Assembly (NCBI RefSeq): GCF_018350175.1
Contig: NC_058383.1
Coordinates: 12,588,001-12,648,000 of the forward strand
DNA: 60,000 nucleotides
Direction: 5' to 3'
DNA from: Felis catus
Lineage: Eukaryota
The position numbers and the translations under genes are program-made. Each line of letters starts with the position of its first letter. Position 1 is the first letter of the stretch. Of the stretch, positions 1 to 11,935 are shown in pieces. The notes beneath the pieces are model-generated. The model worked only from the letters and a program-made list of their open reading frames with translations, was not told the DNA's origin and did not search any database.

Positions 1-85
1 TCTCTCTGCCCCTCCCCCGTTCATGCTCTGTCTCTCTCTGTCCCAAAAATAAATAAACGTTGAAAAAAAAATTTATAAAAAAAAA
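1..85 (+). mobile_element. Can-SINE (SINEC_Fc type), 3' part cut by window edge
   Basis: CT-rich segment, TCCCAAAAATAAATAAACGTT and A-tail matching other young copies in the window. Confidence 0.93.
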
Positions 86-139
86 GAAGGGAAATTCACA
101 TGCTTGGTTTCTTTCTTTAAAAAAAAAAAAAAAAAAAAA

Positions 140-176
140 GAATCAGATGCTTAACCGACTGAGCCCCCGAGGCTCC
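140..176 (-). mobile_element. Can-SINE 5' fragment
   Basis: TCAGATGCTTAACCGACTGAGCC = reverse complement of the SINE A-box region. Confidence 0.6.
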
Positions 177-371
177 GCAGAGTTTACTTGTTCTATTTGT
201 TCAATGTCTATGCATGTGTCTCTTCCAACTAGAATATAAATTCCTTGAAAGTAACAAGTTTGCTATACTCCCCAAACCTTGATGACTACCCAGCATCTAG
301 TACCTAGTAATGCCTTATGCCTATTTGTTGATTGGATTAATGAGTAGATGAAAGTTTTAAGTTTGACTTTA

Positions 372-586
372 TCTTTTTTTTTTTCAACGTTTTTTATTTA
401 TTTTTGAGAGAGAGACAGAGCATGAACGGGGGAGGGGCAGAGAGAGAGGGAGACACAGAATCGGAAACAGGTGCCAGGCTCCGAGCCATCAGCCCAGAGC
501 CGGACGCGGGGCTCGAACCCACGGACCGCGAGATCGTGACCTGGCTGAAGTCGGACGCTTAACCGACTGCGCCACCCAGGCGCCCC
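372..586 (-). mobile_element. Young Can-SINE (SINEC_Fc type)
   Basis: Full body with A/B boxes; perfect 14-bp TSD TAAGTTTGACTTTA (358-371, 587-600). Confidence 0.97.
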
Positions 587-1669
587 TAAGTTTGACTTTA
601 GAAGGAGAGAAAGGCATTCTACGTAGATGTCAACAAAGGACATATAGACAATCGGTAGCAGATTAGGGTTTGCCGAGTGCTGCTTACGAACTAGGCAACA
701 AAGAATTCAGGGGTTTGCCCTCTAACAAGGACCCAGAGGACAGACTCTCCATGCTGCAGATTAAAGGCTGATCTTTACACTTTTACAGCCTGCAGAGCAA
801 AGAGCATATGTGACATTCTGGTCTATAAATTAAGGAGCCCAACCAGGATATAAGCTTGAGGTGAGTGAGTAGCCCTATGAAGGGCCAAGCCTGTCCTCAA
901 AAAACAGCTCTGGGTCAGCTCCAGCACCGAGATAAATTAGAGACAGAAGCCCTAAAGTTCAATGCCAATGAGAACAGCTGCGATAATTTTTCATTGGAAA
1001 TAGCCCACCAGGGCCATAAAACCTCAATGAAGAAATCAAACAGAGAAGGTCTAGTTTTAAGCAATGTGACATTCCGGTAACATCTCCAAGAGAAGCTGGG
1101 GGGTAAAGTATTGCCCCACGTAAGTAAAGGGGCGGTCCCGCGCTAGACGGCTGTCAGAAGAAAGGCGAGAAAGTTCAAGTTGTGGTGCACCTCGTGCACC
1201 AGAAGAAAGGGACAAGGGGCTGGAGCCGGGGAGAGGTGGCTCCAGGCTGCGCTCGAGTAGCAACCAAATGGGCGACCCAGCGCTCGCTAACTTCCTCCAG
1301 CCGTGACACGGGGGATTAACCGCTCTACCCTGTCCCCCAGGGTAACAAGAGTCCAGTGAGAAAAGTTTGCATTAGACACTTAGAGAATGATAAGCCCCAC
1401 GTAAGTGTGAAATAATAGCAAGAAGCCATCAGCAGGGAGTGTCGCGTGAGATGTCCCACGGATGTAAGTTAGGTGGGAGACAAGACCAACTTCCGCCACA
1501 GCCTGCCCCCCTCAGCCACAAAAGGGCTTCCTGCCCGCCTGCCTGCCTCTTCCACCCATCCTAGTGTTGTTTCAATCGACGCTACATTGTCAAGCCGGGC
1601 ATGGACAGCAAGACGTCTCCTGGAGCCCTGTTGACGGGTGCAATGAGCCATCACAGACTATAAACATCA

Positions 1670-2390
1670 TGCATGTTTGAAATGACGTATGTTCCGGGTT
1701 ATTTATCACGGCATTGTTTATAACAACAACAACAACAAAGATTGATAGAGGCGCCCGGGCAGCTCGGTCGGTGAAGCGTCCGACTTCGGCTCAGGTCGTG
1801 ATGTCACGGTTGGAGAGTTTGAGCCCCGCGTCGGGCTCCGTGCTGACAGCTCGGAGCCTGGAGCCTGCTTCGGATTCTGCGTCTCCTTCTCTCTCTCTCT
1901 GCCCTTCCCCCCGTTTGCACTCTGTCTCTCTCTCTCAGAAATAAATAAACATTAAAAAAAAAAAGATTGATAACAGTTTCAGGGTGGATTTCAGCAAATC
2001 AAGATACCTCCAAAGGATGGAATTCTGGGCAACAATTCGTAAACTCCAAGAAGCTCTCTGTGTACTGAAGGGGCATCATTGCCAAAATAGATGAAGTTTA
2101 AAAAAAGAACAGAATGGTAGGTTTGTTACTCTTTGTGTAAGAAAGGGAGAGGAAAGGAAGATATGGGAGGGGTTACTTGGATTGCACAGAATGTCTCTGA
2201 ACGTATACCCACGAGCCAAATAATCTTGTTGCCTCCAGGGAGAAGAACTAGGCAATGGAGGGGTGAATGAATGAGAAAAGAGAGTGGGCAATTGACTATT
2301 CACTCTACGTCCCCATGCCTTTTGAGTTTTGTCCAACATGAATGCGTTTCCTAAAAAATTAAATTAGAAATAAAAGGCCAATATAAAATA
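1670..2390 (+). mobile_element. Old L1 (L1ME-like) 3' end fragment, interrupted by a SINE
   Basis: Degenerate L1M 3'-end motifs (GCATTGTTTATA, ATGGAATTCTGGGCAACAAT, A-rich end). Confidence 0.55.
1748..1961 (+). mobile_element. Can-SINE
   Basis: Full body and tail; TSD AAAGATTGATA (1737-1747, 1962-1972). Confidence 0.96.
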
Positions 2391-2890
2391 CATTAGATGT
2401 GCTCATTTGTGGAAAAATTCAAACACAGCAAAGTATACAGAGAAAATAAGCATGACTTCATAGTCTCATCACTGAAGATGAACATGACTTCTTTGGAAAT
2501 GATCATTATTGATGTTTGATATGTTTCTTCCCAGTTGGTTTTTTTCTTTGCATATTTTGCATAACTGAGATCAGTTGGCCTATAGGTTTCTATCTTACCC
2601 GAACATAATAGCATAAGCATTTTCTCACAACACTAAAATGTTAACAGAAGGATTGTTTCGGCGAATGATCTCTCCTCCGTCATATGCACGTACCATGACT
2701 TAACCAGCACCCTTAAACGTTTAGGTAGTTTTCAATTTTTGGTGATCATTTTTGGGCGTTGATCTCTGTGTCTCTGATGGCATCCATAAGCCGAATCCCT
2801 AAAAATAGATTTGCTGGATGAAAGGCTACGAATATTTTTCAGTTTCTGCAGTTATAGATTGCCAGAGTCCCTCCAGGAACCTTGTATATG
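2390..2890 (-). mobile_element. Old L1 (L1ME-like) 3' fragment
   Basis: Degenerate motifs typical of reverse-strand L1ME (GAAAAATTCAAACACAGCAAAGTATA, GATTTGCTGGATGAAAGG). Confidence 0.5.
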
Positions 2891-3969
2891 ACAGCGCCCT
2901 TTGCACGGTGACCCAGGACCACTTGCCGTCACGGTGAGATGCCAGAACTTCAAGAAAGATGCCCTTCTTTCTCCAGCTTTGGATCAGAGATCAATACGAA
3001 AGGACGACCTCTCTGAGAGCCTGCAGACGTAAATTATACAAGTTTGCTGCTTGTGTCCTAAAACCGTCCTTTCTGGATTCCCGAGGAAGATAACCAGACT
3101 TGGTAGAGATATTCGCAAAGAATAACACTCCTCCGAGCATTTTTGGAAATACTCGCTGAGAGAAAACCTTATTTCATAAGGCAACTCTCTCCACTTACAA
3201 TCAGGCACCCCCAGCTTGAATTTAAGCCACACAACCGTGAACCAAAAGAATTACCAACGGTACGTGGATTTCAAGTTGGCTTGAGAAGCAAGACTTCTGG
3301 TACGAATGCGGCGACCACTTTGCCTCCTTTTACTTCTTCCCCCAGGAGGAATCACACAAAAGCAAAAGGAGAATTATCAACTGTGCAACTAGTTTCCACG
3401 GAATTCAGAGACAGAGATCATCCAGATTCCAAAGCGCATGGAAGGGCCCCCCCAGGTTGGCTGGGACTGGGCTATGAATTGGGGGGAGCGAAAAATAAGA
3501 AGCAATAGGGGTGACAGGAGAGCCCAGTGGGGACAAATTTCAGAAAGTGCCACTTAATTGATGCGGTCAGAAGGTAAGGGCCGCTTCCAGGGACTGGGGG
3601 AACAGAGCTGGTGACTTAGGCCCTCCGGGCCCCAGCTGGCACACGGCAGCAGAGAGGAGGCAAGACGCACAGAGAGTCATGGGCTGGGCCATGGCCAGGT
3701 GGCGATCTGTCTCTGGGGAGCAGAAGAGGAAGCATCAGGCGCTGCCTGGGCCCCTCCCCTCACACGACCTTCTAGCAAACAGCTGACTCAGAAAACCCAG
3801 CCTACGCTGCGATGAATTACATGATGAGGGACAACAGTGGGACTATTGGGGGTAGTCATTGCTGGATTAAGGATACGGATGCAGCCGACCCTTGAACAAC
3901 ACAGGTTTGAACTTCACGGGTCCACGTATATGAGAAATTTTGCACAGTAGATTCAGTACACTACTTTAA

Positions 3970-4183
3970 TTTTTTTTTTTCAACGTTTATTTATTTTTGG
4001 GACAGAGAGAGATAGAGCATGAACGGGGGAGGGGCAGAGAGAGAGGGAGACACAGAATCGGAAACAGGCTCCAGGCTCTGAGCCATCAGCCCAGAGCCCA
4101 ACGCGGGGCTCGAACTCACGGACCGCGAGATCGTGACCTGGCTGAAGTTGGACGCTTAACCGACTGCGCCACCCAGGCACCCC
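3970..4183 (-). mobile_element. Young Can-SINE (SINEC_Fc type) nested in Tigger2
   Basis: Full body; TSD ACA(C/A)TACTTTAA (3958-3969, 4185-4196). Confidence 0.97.
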
Positions 4184-4370
4184 GACAATACTTTAAATGT
4201 ATTTTCTCCTCCTTATGACTTTCTCGATAACATTTTCTCCTCTCTAGCTTACTTTATTGGCAGAATACAGCATATGATACATGTAACGTACAAAACGTGT
4301 GTTCGTCAACTGTTTATGTTAGTGGTAAGGCTTCCTTCTGGTCAATGGTAGGTTTTTAGTAGTTAATTTT

Positions 4371-4418
4371 GGTTTGGTTTTGGTTTGTTTTTAAGTCTAT
4401 TTATCCATTTTTGAGAGG

Positions 4419-4465
<47 letters not shown>

Positions 4466-4622
4466 AGTGGGGGAGGAGCAGAGCGAAAAGGAGAGAATCC
4501 CAAGCAGGTTCCGCACTGTCAGTGCAGAGCCTGACACGGGGCTCGATCTCACAAACCGTGAGATCATGACCTGAGCCAAAATCAAGAGTCGGACGCTTAA
4601 CCGACAACCACCCAGGCGTCCC
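4371..4622 (-). mobile_element. Can-SINE (older subfamily) with (GA)n, nested in Tigger2
   Basis: Body with GAGAATCCCAAGCAGG; degenerate TSD T(A/G)GTAGTTAA(T/G)TTT. Confidence 0.95.
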
Positions 4623-4754
4623 TGGTAGTTAAGTTTGTGATGAGTTTAAAGTTATACGTGGATTTTCGACTGCCTAACTCCTACATTGTTCGGTGGTCAA
4701 GGTGGCAGTTATAGTATGTATAACATCATATAGATTATAGCTAAAAACAACAAC

Positions 4755-4882
4755 ATAGTAATATAATAATATAAATATAATATATTTAAATAATAATATA
4801 AGTATAATAAATAAATATTAATAATAAAATATATATAAATATAATAAATGAATATAAATATAATACTAATAATATAAATAAT
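4755..4882. repeat. AT-rich low-complexity tract
   Basis: Almost only A/T (AATAT/ATAA units). Confidence 0.9.
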
Positions 4883-4899
4883 TCAGCACCCACACAGAG

Positions 4900-6222
4900 A
4901 TTCCATAAGAACAACTGTGGGCAAAAGGCAGAAAAATCATCGATTTCCAAAACTTCTCAATGAAATGTGGCTGGCGAAACTCAGGAGAGAAGCGGGGGGG
5001 AGGGGGGGGAATGGAACCAACATCACAGAAGTGAAAACGAAACACCGAGGGACAAAAGAAGACACTGCAGAAAACATAAACAGGGACGTGGAGACAGATT
5101 TGCAAAACTGGAAGAAAAGCCACAAAATAAAACAGGGAGTCGCAGCCCGGGAGAGGTACGAGTACAGATGTAAAAGACAGGCAGAGGAGAGCCGATATTA
5201 GATGCCCTTAATAAAAAATAAAGTGAGCCAGCACAATGAAGGAGAACAAATATTTAACAATACAACTCAGGAAAATTGTCCGAAAGAAAAGGCCTGATGC
5301 TGCCCGTTGAAGAGGACACCGTGGTCAGGGAAATCGACCCGGGAGAGTCAACACCAAGGCATCTCCTGGCATAGCCGTTGGACTAAATTTAAAGGTAAAG
5401 AATCCTTTGCTCTGGCATTTAAAAGTTCGATTACAAGAGGAAAAAAGAAAAGCAAACAAACAACAGGCTGACTGCAGATTTCTCCCCAGCAACAGTCAAC
5501 CCTTGATGACACTGGAGAAAGGCCTAGAACTCCCCAGGGATTCGACCCCTGAGCCAAGAATTTTCTGTTTATCCAAATTACCTTGCGAGTATAACTAACG
5601 ACCCTGGACAAACAGTTGTGAACCTGCACAACCCAAGGATTGCTGGCCCACAGCCCTTCTTGAGGAAACTTCTAGAGGATAAACTGTAGCCGTGTAAGAA
5701 ATCTCTAAGGCTCCAGAGCAAAAGAATTGGCCGGGTCCTCCACATGCGCGAGCTCAGAGCGAAAAAATGAAACACACACACGGATTTGGGTGACAGAAGA
5801 CAATGTGAGTGTCACATGCCCTGACAAGCTAGGAACGAGGCAGGGTAACAACAAAGTGGGAGAGAGAGGCCCAAAAAGGAAATAGGTCTGCTATTTGCCT
5901 CATGGGTAACAGAGGACAGAGGGAGAATATTACATAAAGCTGCCAAATCAAGTAATCGAAGTGGAGGAGAGGTAATAAAAGCCTGTTGACAGTTCAAATA
6001 TAAACTGCAAGAAAGATATTGTTAGTGACCAAATTTAGAAGAAGACTGAATTAAGGAAAAGGAAGGAAAGACAAAGGAATAGGAAACATTTTAGGTTTAT
6101 AACTGTACATACTAGGAAACCATTAGATGCTGTGGAGAAAAATCAGGACTAAGAGAATTAGATAAAGCTATAATTAATTTTGTGAAAGTAACAACTAGAA
6201 AAGTACCAACCCTCTTAAATAT

Positions 6223-6271
<49 letters not shown>

Positions 6272-6780
6272 CAAAGATCACAGAGTGAAACACTTAAGAA
6301 GAAGCAATTATAGGTCCTCGAGAAGGACACATAAAATATGAAAAACTAAACCCAGGCAGGCATATCAGTATGCAAATGAGCCTCAATTATTTTTAAAAAT
6401 AAAAGTTTTTCAGGCCATATCGCAAAGAAAATCCAAACTCCAGGCTCTAAAGAGACATATGGAAAACAAAGCAATTTTTAAAAATAAAAGCCCGGACAAA
6501 GGCATGCCAGGCAACTACACGCAAAATGAAAGCCGGGTTTATGATATTAATATTAGACAAAGTGGCAGTGAGACCAAAAAGTATTTAATGATACAGAGAA
6601 GGGCCCTTTTTAATGCTAAAGGGTGCAATTTGCAATTAAGATAAAACAGTTATGAATATTTATATACCCGATTACCTAGCAGCAATATTCCTAGAGCAGA
6701 AATTACCCAGACATATAGAAAAATAAACAAAAACCTGCCAGCTGCAGAAGACTTCAACTTCATTCTCTCAGTCCGTGGTA
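4900..6780 (+). mobile_element. Old L1 (L1M) remnant: ORF1 region plus ORF2 endonuclease start
   Basis: Degenerate ORF2 EN translation near 6530-6760: KAGFMILILDK, EGPFLMLKGAI, TVMNIYIPD, EDFN (cf. L1 KAGVAILVSDK, EGHYIMVKGSI, TILNIYAPN, GDFN); stops and frameshifts; A-rich ORF1-like sequence upstream. Confidence 0.85.
6231..6270 (+). repeat. (CA)20 microsatellite
   Basis: Perfect dinucleotide run. Confidence 0.98.
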
Positions 6781-6809
6781 GGGCAAGTCAGCAAAATAGA
6801 ACAGAAATC

Positions 6810-7200
6810 TCTGGCCCTTCACACCCAACCCAGCCACCTCTGGGATGTATCCTTCAGACCTCCTTATATGCACACAAAACGACATGGGCACAGGCCATTT
6901 ATTTCAGGATCGGTTTGCAAAAAAAAAAGCACGGCTCTCTTTTCACCGATAAGGGACCAGTTAGATATGATGGTATAACAATTCGGCGAGCTGCCCCACA
7001 GAGAGAAAGAACAGAGAAGAGAAAGGATGAGGCTCTGCACGTATTCATGGAAAGAACTCCGATATATGTTTATTTCAAGTTAAAAAGAGAAATCAGGAAA
7101 GTACTGGAAAGTGTGTGTGGTTCACTGCAAACCACACACACACGTATACATATACATACAGGAGGCTGGGTATAAGCGTGACTGCATTACCCATGTATTT
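6810..7200 (+). mobile_element. Old L1 3' end fragment
   Basis: ACCCAGCCACCTCTGGGATGTATCC resembles L1 ORF2 C-terminal region, followed by L1M 3'UTR-like sequence. Confidence 0.55.
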
Positions 7201-7216
7201 AAAACCCACAAAATCA

Positions 7217-7369
7217 GGGGCGCCTCGGTGGCTCGGTCGGTGGAGCGTCCGACTTCAGCTCAGGTCATGATCTCATGGTTCCTGAGTCCAAGCCCCTCAT
7301 CAGGCTCCGTGCTGACAGTGCAGAGCCTGCTTGGAATTCTCTCTCTCCCTCTCCCTCTGTTCCTCCACT

Positions 7370-7412
<43 letters not shown>

Positions 7413-7438
7413 ATAAATAAATAAACTTAAAAAACAAA
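7217..7438 (+). mobile_element. Can-SINE with long (CT)n
   Basis: Full body; TSD CACAAAATCA (7207-7216, 7439-7448). Confidence 0.96.
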
Positions 7439-7693
7439 CACAAAATCATATGTGCAGAAGGGCCCTCGCCATAGTTCCTATCTACTACTAGGTAAAGATT
7501 CAAATCTGGTTCCGTGGTCCTTCAGTTCACGTGAAAATCAACACAACAGACCTTCCGCTTTGTTTACACATGTTTATCAGTCCCCTTCGCAACATGAATC
7601 TGGGCCCAATTAAACAACCCATAGCACAACAGCCTGTGGCATCCCCTTAACCAAGTCACTACAGAGCCAAATCTTATACTCGAAGCCTCTGAT

Positions 7694-7979
7694 CCGGGCT
7701 GGCCGATGTGGCAATGGCTTGAGCCGTGGCTCGCTCCAACTGAGATGTGCCGTGAGCGTAAAATACACCCCAAAGTTCAGGGGCTTTGGATGGGAAGAAA
7801 GAGCGTAAAACACCTCGTTAATTTTGGACACTGCTTACATGTTGAGATAATAATATTCTAGGTCTTTGGGGTTAAATAAAGGACGTTATTAAAATTCATT
7901 TCCCCCGTTTCTTTTTTACTTTCTTAACTGGGCTACTGGAACATTTACCGTTACATAAGTGGTTCCGTGGACAGCACTG
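7694..7979 (-). mobile_element. MER33-like hAT-Charlie DNA transposon
   Basis: GTAAAATACACC, ACATGTTGAGATAATAATATT, GGGTTAAATAAA, ATTAAAATTCATTTC and terminal GGACAGCACTG match reverse complement of recalled MER33 consensus. Confidence 0.8.
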
Positions 7980-8640
7980 CTTTTGTGGGGGAAACGTCAG
8001 CAAACAAGCCAGAGGAGTGAGCTGATGCTGGAGTACGAAGGAACCCTAGAAATCTCACTGACTACGACAGTGTTTTTTTCTCAGCCATAATGCGTGTGCA
8101 ACGCAATCAGCAGGGGAATCTGTTTCTGTAATCGGCGCAGTACCCGGGCTGACAGAGGCTTCATCCCGGCTCATAAGCTCCTCGTCACTGGGACCACGGG
8201 AAGGGAACACGGTGAATCACGCGTTGGCTCTCAAAGCGTCCTCTTGGAAGGAGGACACACATCATCAGTGGTCACATTTCATCGGTCGAAGTGAAGCCCT
8301 TGGAAATGCCTGATTTCACGGTGGGCGGAGAAGAAAGGCGGAAATACACACACAACAGCATAAGTGACCATGACCTCTCACCGTATGTCCTGTACGAGGC
8401 TAAAGCTGGTGTCGAATTGCCCACACGTGTTGACCCCAAATGACTTGATACTATCTTTCAAACTTCCGAAGGGTTGACTTCCATTCAGAAGGAACCTGAT
8501 TTGGGGGAACGCCCGATGAAACGAAGCCCTGTTAAGTCATCTCTTTTGACCTGCCGATGTCGCCACTTACTTAACCCGCTCGACCGTAAAGAGACCCATG
8601 GCCGAGTTCGGCAGCCCGTTTTATAAGAATTGATGCTGAT

Positions 8641-8860
8641 GGGGCACCTGAGTGGCTCAGTCGGTTAGGCGTCGGACTCCCGGTTTCAGCTCAGGTCATG
8701 GTCCCGCAGTTGCGTGAGTTCGAGCCCCGAGTCGGGCTCCGCCCCGACAGTCAGCGCAGAGCCTGCTTGGGATTCTCTCTCTCTCCCTCTCTCTCTGCCC
8801 CTCTCCTACTCGCGCTGTCTCTAGCTCTCTCAAAATAAAGAAATAACATTTGTAAAAAAA
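8641..8860 (+). mobile_element. Can-SINE
   Basis: Full body; degenerate TSD AAGAAT..ATGCTGA. Confidence 0.95.
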
Positions 8861-9134
8861 AAGAATCTATGCTGAGCCAAATCTGCTTCGTGCTCTGTAC
8901 TCTCGTTCAGAGCTATGCAGCATGCATTTCCTCAATCTGTCACCAAATAGCTTTCAGATATCTGGAGACCTCTACGGCTTCAGACGCTCTCCAGGCTACC
9001 TATTTCAACTGCTCCTCGTGTAAAATGGTGCCATATCTCCTCATCGCCTTGCTTCTTTACTAGAACGCTGTATTCTTTGGCCACACATACCACCTCCTTC
9101 ACCGACAGGAAGCCACGCATTTAGGTCCACCGCT

Positions 9135-9417
9135 ATGTGGTTTGTCTGGGCTCAGCCATGTCACAGCCAAAGAGAAGCTTTAGATGGGATTGCGGGGGTC
9201 TTCGCAGATCGTGCGATCTTCCCCTGTGTCAAAAGGGTGGGCGCTTCCACACCGGGACTCCGCCTTCCGCCTGGGCCCCAGAGAAAGGAAATGCGAGGAG
9301 CAGAGACCCGCAGACCCACAGCGGTCCACCTAAAACATAAGAAGTTACTATCTGCTTCTGTAAGTCACTGAGATGTGAGGCTGTTTATCGCACGGGCAAA
9401 GCAGGCCAATCCAGAAA
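9135..9417 (+). mobile_element. MaLR LTR fragment (MLT1)
   Basis: 3' end TAAGTCACTGAGATGTGAGGCTGTTTATCGCA resembles MLT1 termini. Confidence 0.55.
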
Positions 9418-9534
9418 TAACCCCAAAGCGGCAGTTTTAGGAAAGGTGGGATTTTTACGAACCGCCCCACTGACAGGAGATTTTCTTCCAAATGATGCGT
9501 CACAGTGCGATACCTGATTTTATTTATTTCGTGA

Positions 9535-9920
9535 ATATTTACATAGCAGTGACTATATGCCCAGAACTATTCCAAGCATTTTACGCAAATTCATTTACAC
9601 GATCATCAGTTGCGTTCCCTTATCATCCCTGTTCACAGGTGAGAATACTGAGGCAGAGAGAGTTCAAGGTCACACGGCAGGTGAGCACCAGATCAGAGTT
9701 CAAACCCAGGCTATCCAGCTGCACAGCCCACGTCCTTGACCGCTATGTTATGCAACTATCATAACCGTTAACGTTTGTTGGGCTTTGTGACGCTAAGCAC
9801 ATCCAATCCTATGTGATTCCCCTAACACCTCCAGGAAGCCGGGGAAACGAAGACTCAGAGATGCAAAGTCACTGACCCAAGGTTACCGTGTGACTTGATG
9901 GCAGTAAAGTCCATGCTCTA
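9535..9920 (-). mobile_element. Two adjacent MIR remnants
   Basis: MIR core ACAGGTGAGAATACTGAGGCAGAGAG...AAGGTCACACGGC...TTCAAACCCAGG; second core GAAGACTCAGAGATGCAAAGTCACTGACCCAAGGT. Confidence 0.75.
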
Positions 9921-10497
9921 TAAAGACGAGGCATTTTCTATAGAGAAGGAACCTCCGAATACTAATGGAGTCAATCAGTTGAAGTCTTCCTGTTCAGATC
10001 TGGCGGGAGGCACAGATGTTATCAACCAAATCTTACCACCTCTCTATTTCCAAGACTTCCCTTCGTGCTGATCACTGTCACCGTCGCTGAAACATATTTG
10101 CTGGCTGCCTACCCAGGAAAGGCATGGTGCTGGGCTCCCTTGCCCCTGTTATGCTAATGAGGGTGAAAGATGAAATGAACACACCCCCCCGTGGATAGGG
10201 AGGCATCCGGCACCCCGGTCGGGAGGCTGTGGTTTTCACAAGGCTGTGCAGCAGCGGGCTGCCCCAGACAGTAGCAGGAACAGAAAACACAATCTTCCCA
10301 TCCTCCTCCTGTGTCATTATCGCCAGGGAGGGCCTCGGCATTAGAGGAACGGTGTGAAATGGACAATTCACACATCTTCAGAGTTTCTCAACAACGTCGG
10401 TGCCCGCCGCTGCCACAGCCGCCTTGAAGTCTTCTCACAACAAGAAAAGTATTAGACACGGACCAGTGGGGAAGCTCGTGGAAACAGGCATGTGCCC

Positions 10498-10548
10498 GTG
10501 TGTGCGCGCGCGCACACAGACGCGCACACACACGCACACGCACGCATA
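10498..10548. repeat. Alternating purine-pyrimidine (TG/CG/CA) tract
   Basis: GTGTGTGCGCGCGCGCACACAGACGCGCACACACGCACACGCACGCAT. Confidence 0.85.
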
Positions 10549-11058
10549 CTGCCTACACCCCTTTCTCTACTCCCCGGAAATGGCAAGGAATATGGGGGCG
10601 GGGCGGGGGGGAAGGGGTGGGGAAGGAGGCAGCAAACATTCGAGGAAGGGCTCCTCTTTCCTTGCCGGGATCATCAGGAGAGCAGGGGACATCTGCAGCC
10701 CCAGGTAACAGGCCGATGGCCTCAGGGGAATCTCCCTTCTCCAGACTCTGCCTTCAGAGTCAGACCACTTCTGGAACCAGGCCCCGTGGTACAAGGCCCT
10801 CCCAGACCTTGTCTGGTACCCTGGCCCCCTGCAGACAGGATGCAGCCAGGGAGAACAAAATCCGGCCTTGATCCCTGCCTGAGCAGCCCTCCTGGAGCCT
10901 GCCGGTCCCGGGTGAAGGCTCAGCCCCTCCCACACCTCTGAGCCACTCTGGCCTTTAATTAGGAACAATTACGGAGCTCAAAGTTCCATACCCTGAGCGT
11001 TGAGACTTCAGGCAGTTCTGCCTAAATCCTAAAACAGAGCTGTTTCTCCACTGGCACC

Positions 11059-11103
11059 CATATTAGGGTTCTCCAGAGAAATAGAACCAATTATATATAT
11101 ATA

Positions 11104-11160
<57 letters not shown>

Positions 11161-11575
11161 GAGAGAGAGAATGAGATAGATTTACGCCTAGGATTATGGA
11201 GGCTAAATTCCACGATCTGCCACCTGCAAGCTGGAGAAACAGGGAAGCCAGTGGTATAGCTCTACTCTGAGATCTGGGGACACTGAGAATGTAAGTCGAG
11301 GTCCAAAGGCAGGAGAAGACCAATGTCCCCGCTTGGCAGGCAGGCAGGAAGCAAAAAGGGCTAATTCCTCCTTCCTCTGCCTTTTGGTTCTATACACAGG
11401 CCCTCGACGGATCAGATGACGCCCACCCGTGTTGGGGAAGGCAATCTATTTTATTGACTCCACCCATTCAAGTGCCAATCTCATCCAGAAACATCCTCAC
11501 AGACATACCCAGAGATCATGTTTAATCTGGACACCCTTGGCCCCTTCAGGTTGATGTATCATATTAGCCATGACG
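11059..11575 (-). mobile_element. ERVL solo LTR (MLT2 family) with internal (TA)n
   Basis: TATTAGGGTTCTCCAGAGAAATAGAACCAA start, CTGCAAGCTGGAGA, ATCTCATCCAGAAACATCCTCACAGACATACCCAGA near end. Confidence 0.9.
11091..11160. repeat. (TA)n microsatellite with TG interruptions
   Basis: Direct observation. Confidence 0.97.
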
Positions 11576-11739
11576 GCACCTCTACCCCAGGCCACAACAC
11601 CCTGTTCGATAAACTGCCTGTAACACCGGTTCCTCCAGGAAAGAGACCCGCCATGTTTTGGCCAGTGTCTCCTTTCAAGGCCGAGTTCATTGTCATAGAA
11701 ATCCACCTGATTGCTTCTTGCTCAGTCACTGCCTGCCTG

Positions 11740-11935
11740 CCTGTCACTGTCATTGTGTTAGGTCCTATTCTAACACATTTCATACTCTAATAAAATTTTG
11801 AGGCTGCATGTCCCCCCACCAAACCCTACAGTCTCTGGAGCAAGGACCTGGTAAGTTCTGTGTCTTATTCATCTGTGTATCCCTAACAACCAGCCTCCCC
11901 GGAGGAGGCCCCCAGTCAGTAGTGGTTGAATGGAC
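11740..11935 (+). mobile_element. L2 3' end fragment
   Basis: TGTCTTATTCATCTGTGTATCCC...CAGTAGTGGTTGAATG resembles L2 tail. Confidence 0.55.

Larger units (their letters stand above)
3882..4704 (+). mobile_element. Tigger2-family non-autonomous DNA transposon (Tigger2a-like) containing two SINEs
   Basis: 5' end CAGCCGACCCTTGAACAACACAGGTTTGAACT resembles Tigger2 TIR; degenerate 3' TIR TTGTTCGGTGGTCAA; internal AGTTATACGTGGATTTTCGACTG. Confidence 0.85.

Noticed and set aside
10400..10968. Overlapping ORFs of 100-150 aa
   Set aside because: Driven by simple repeats and G-rich sequence; no homology recognised
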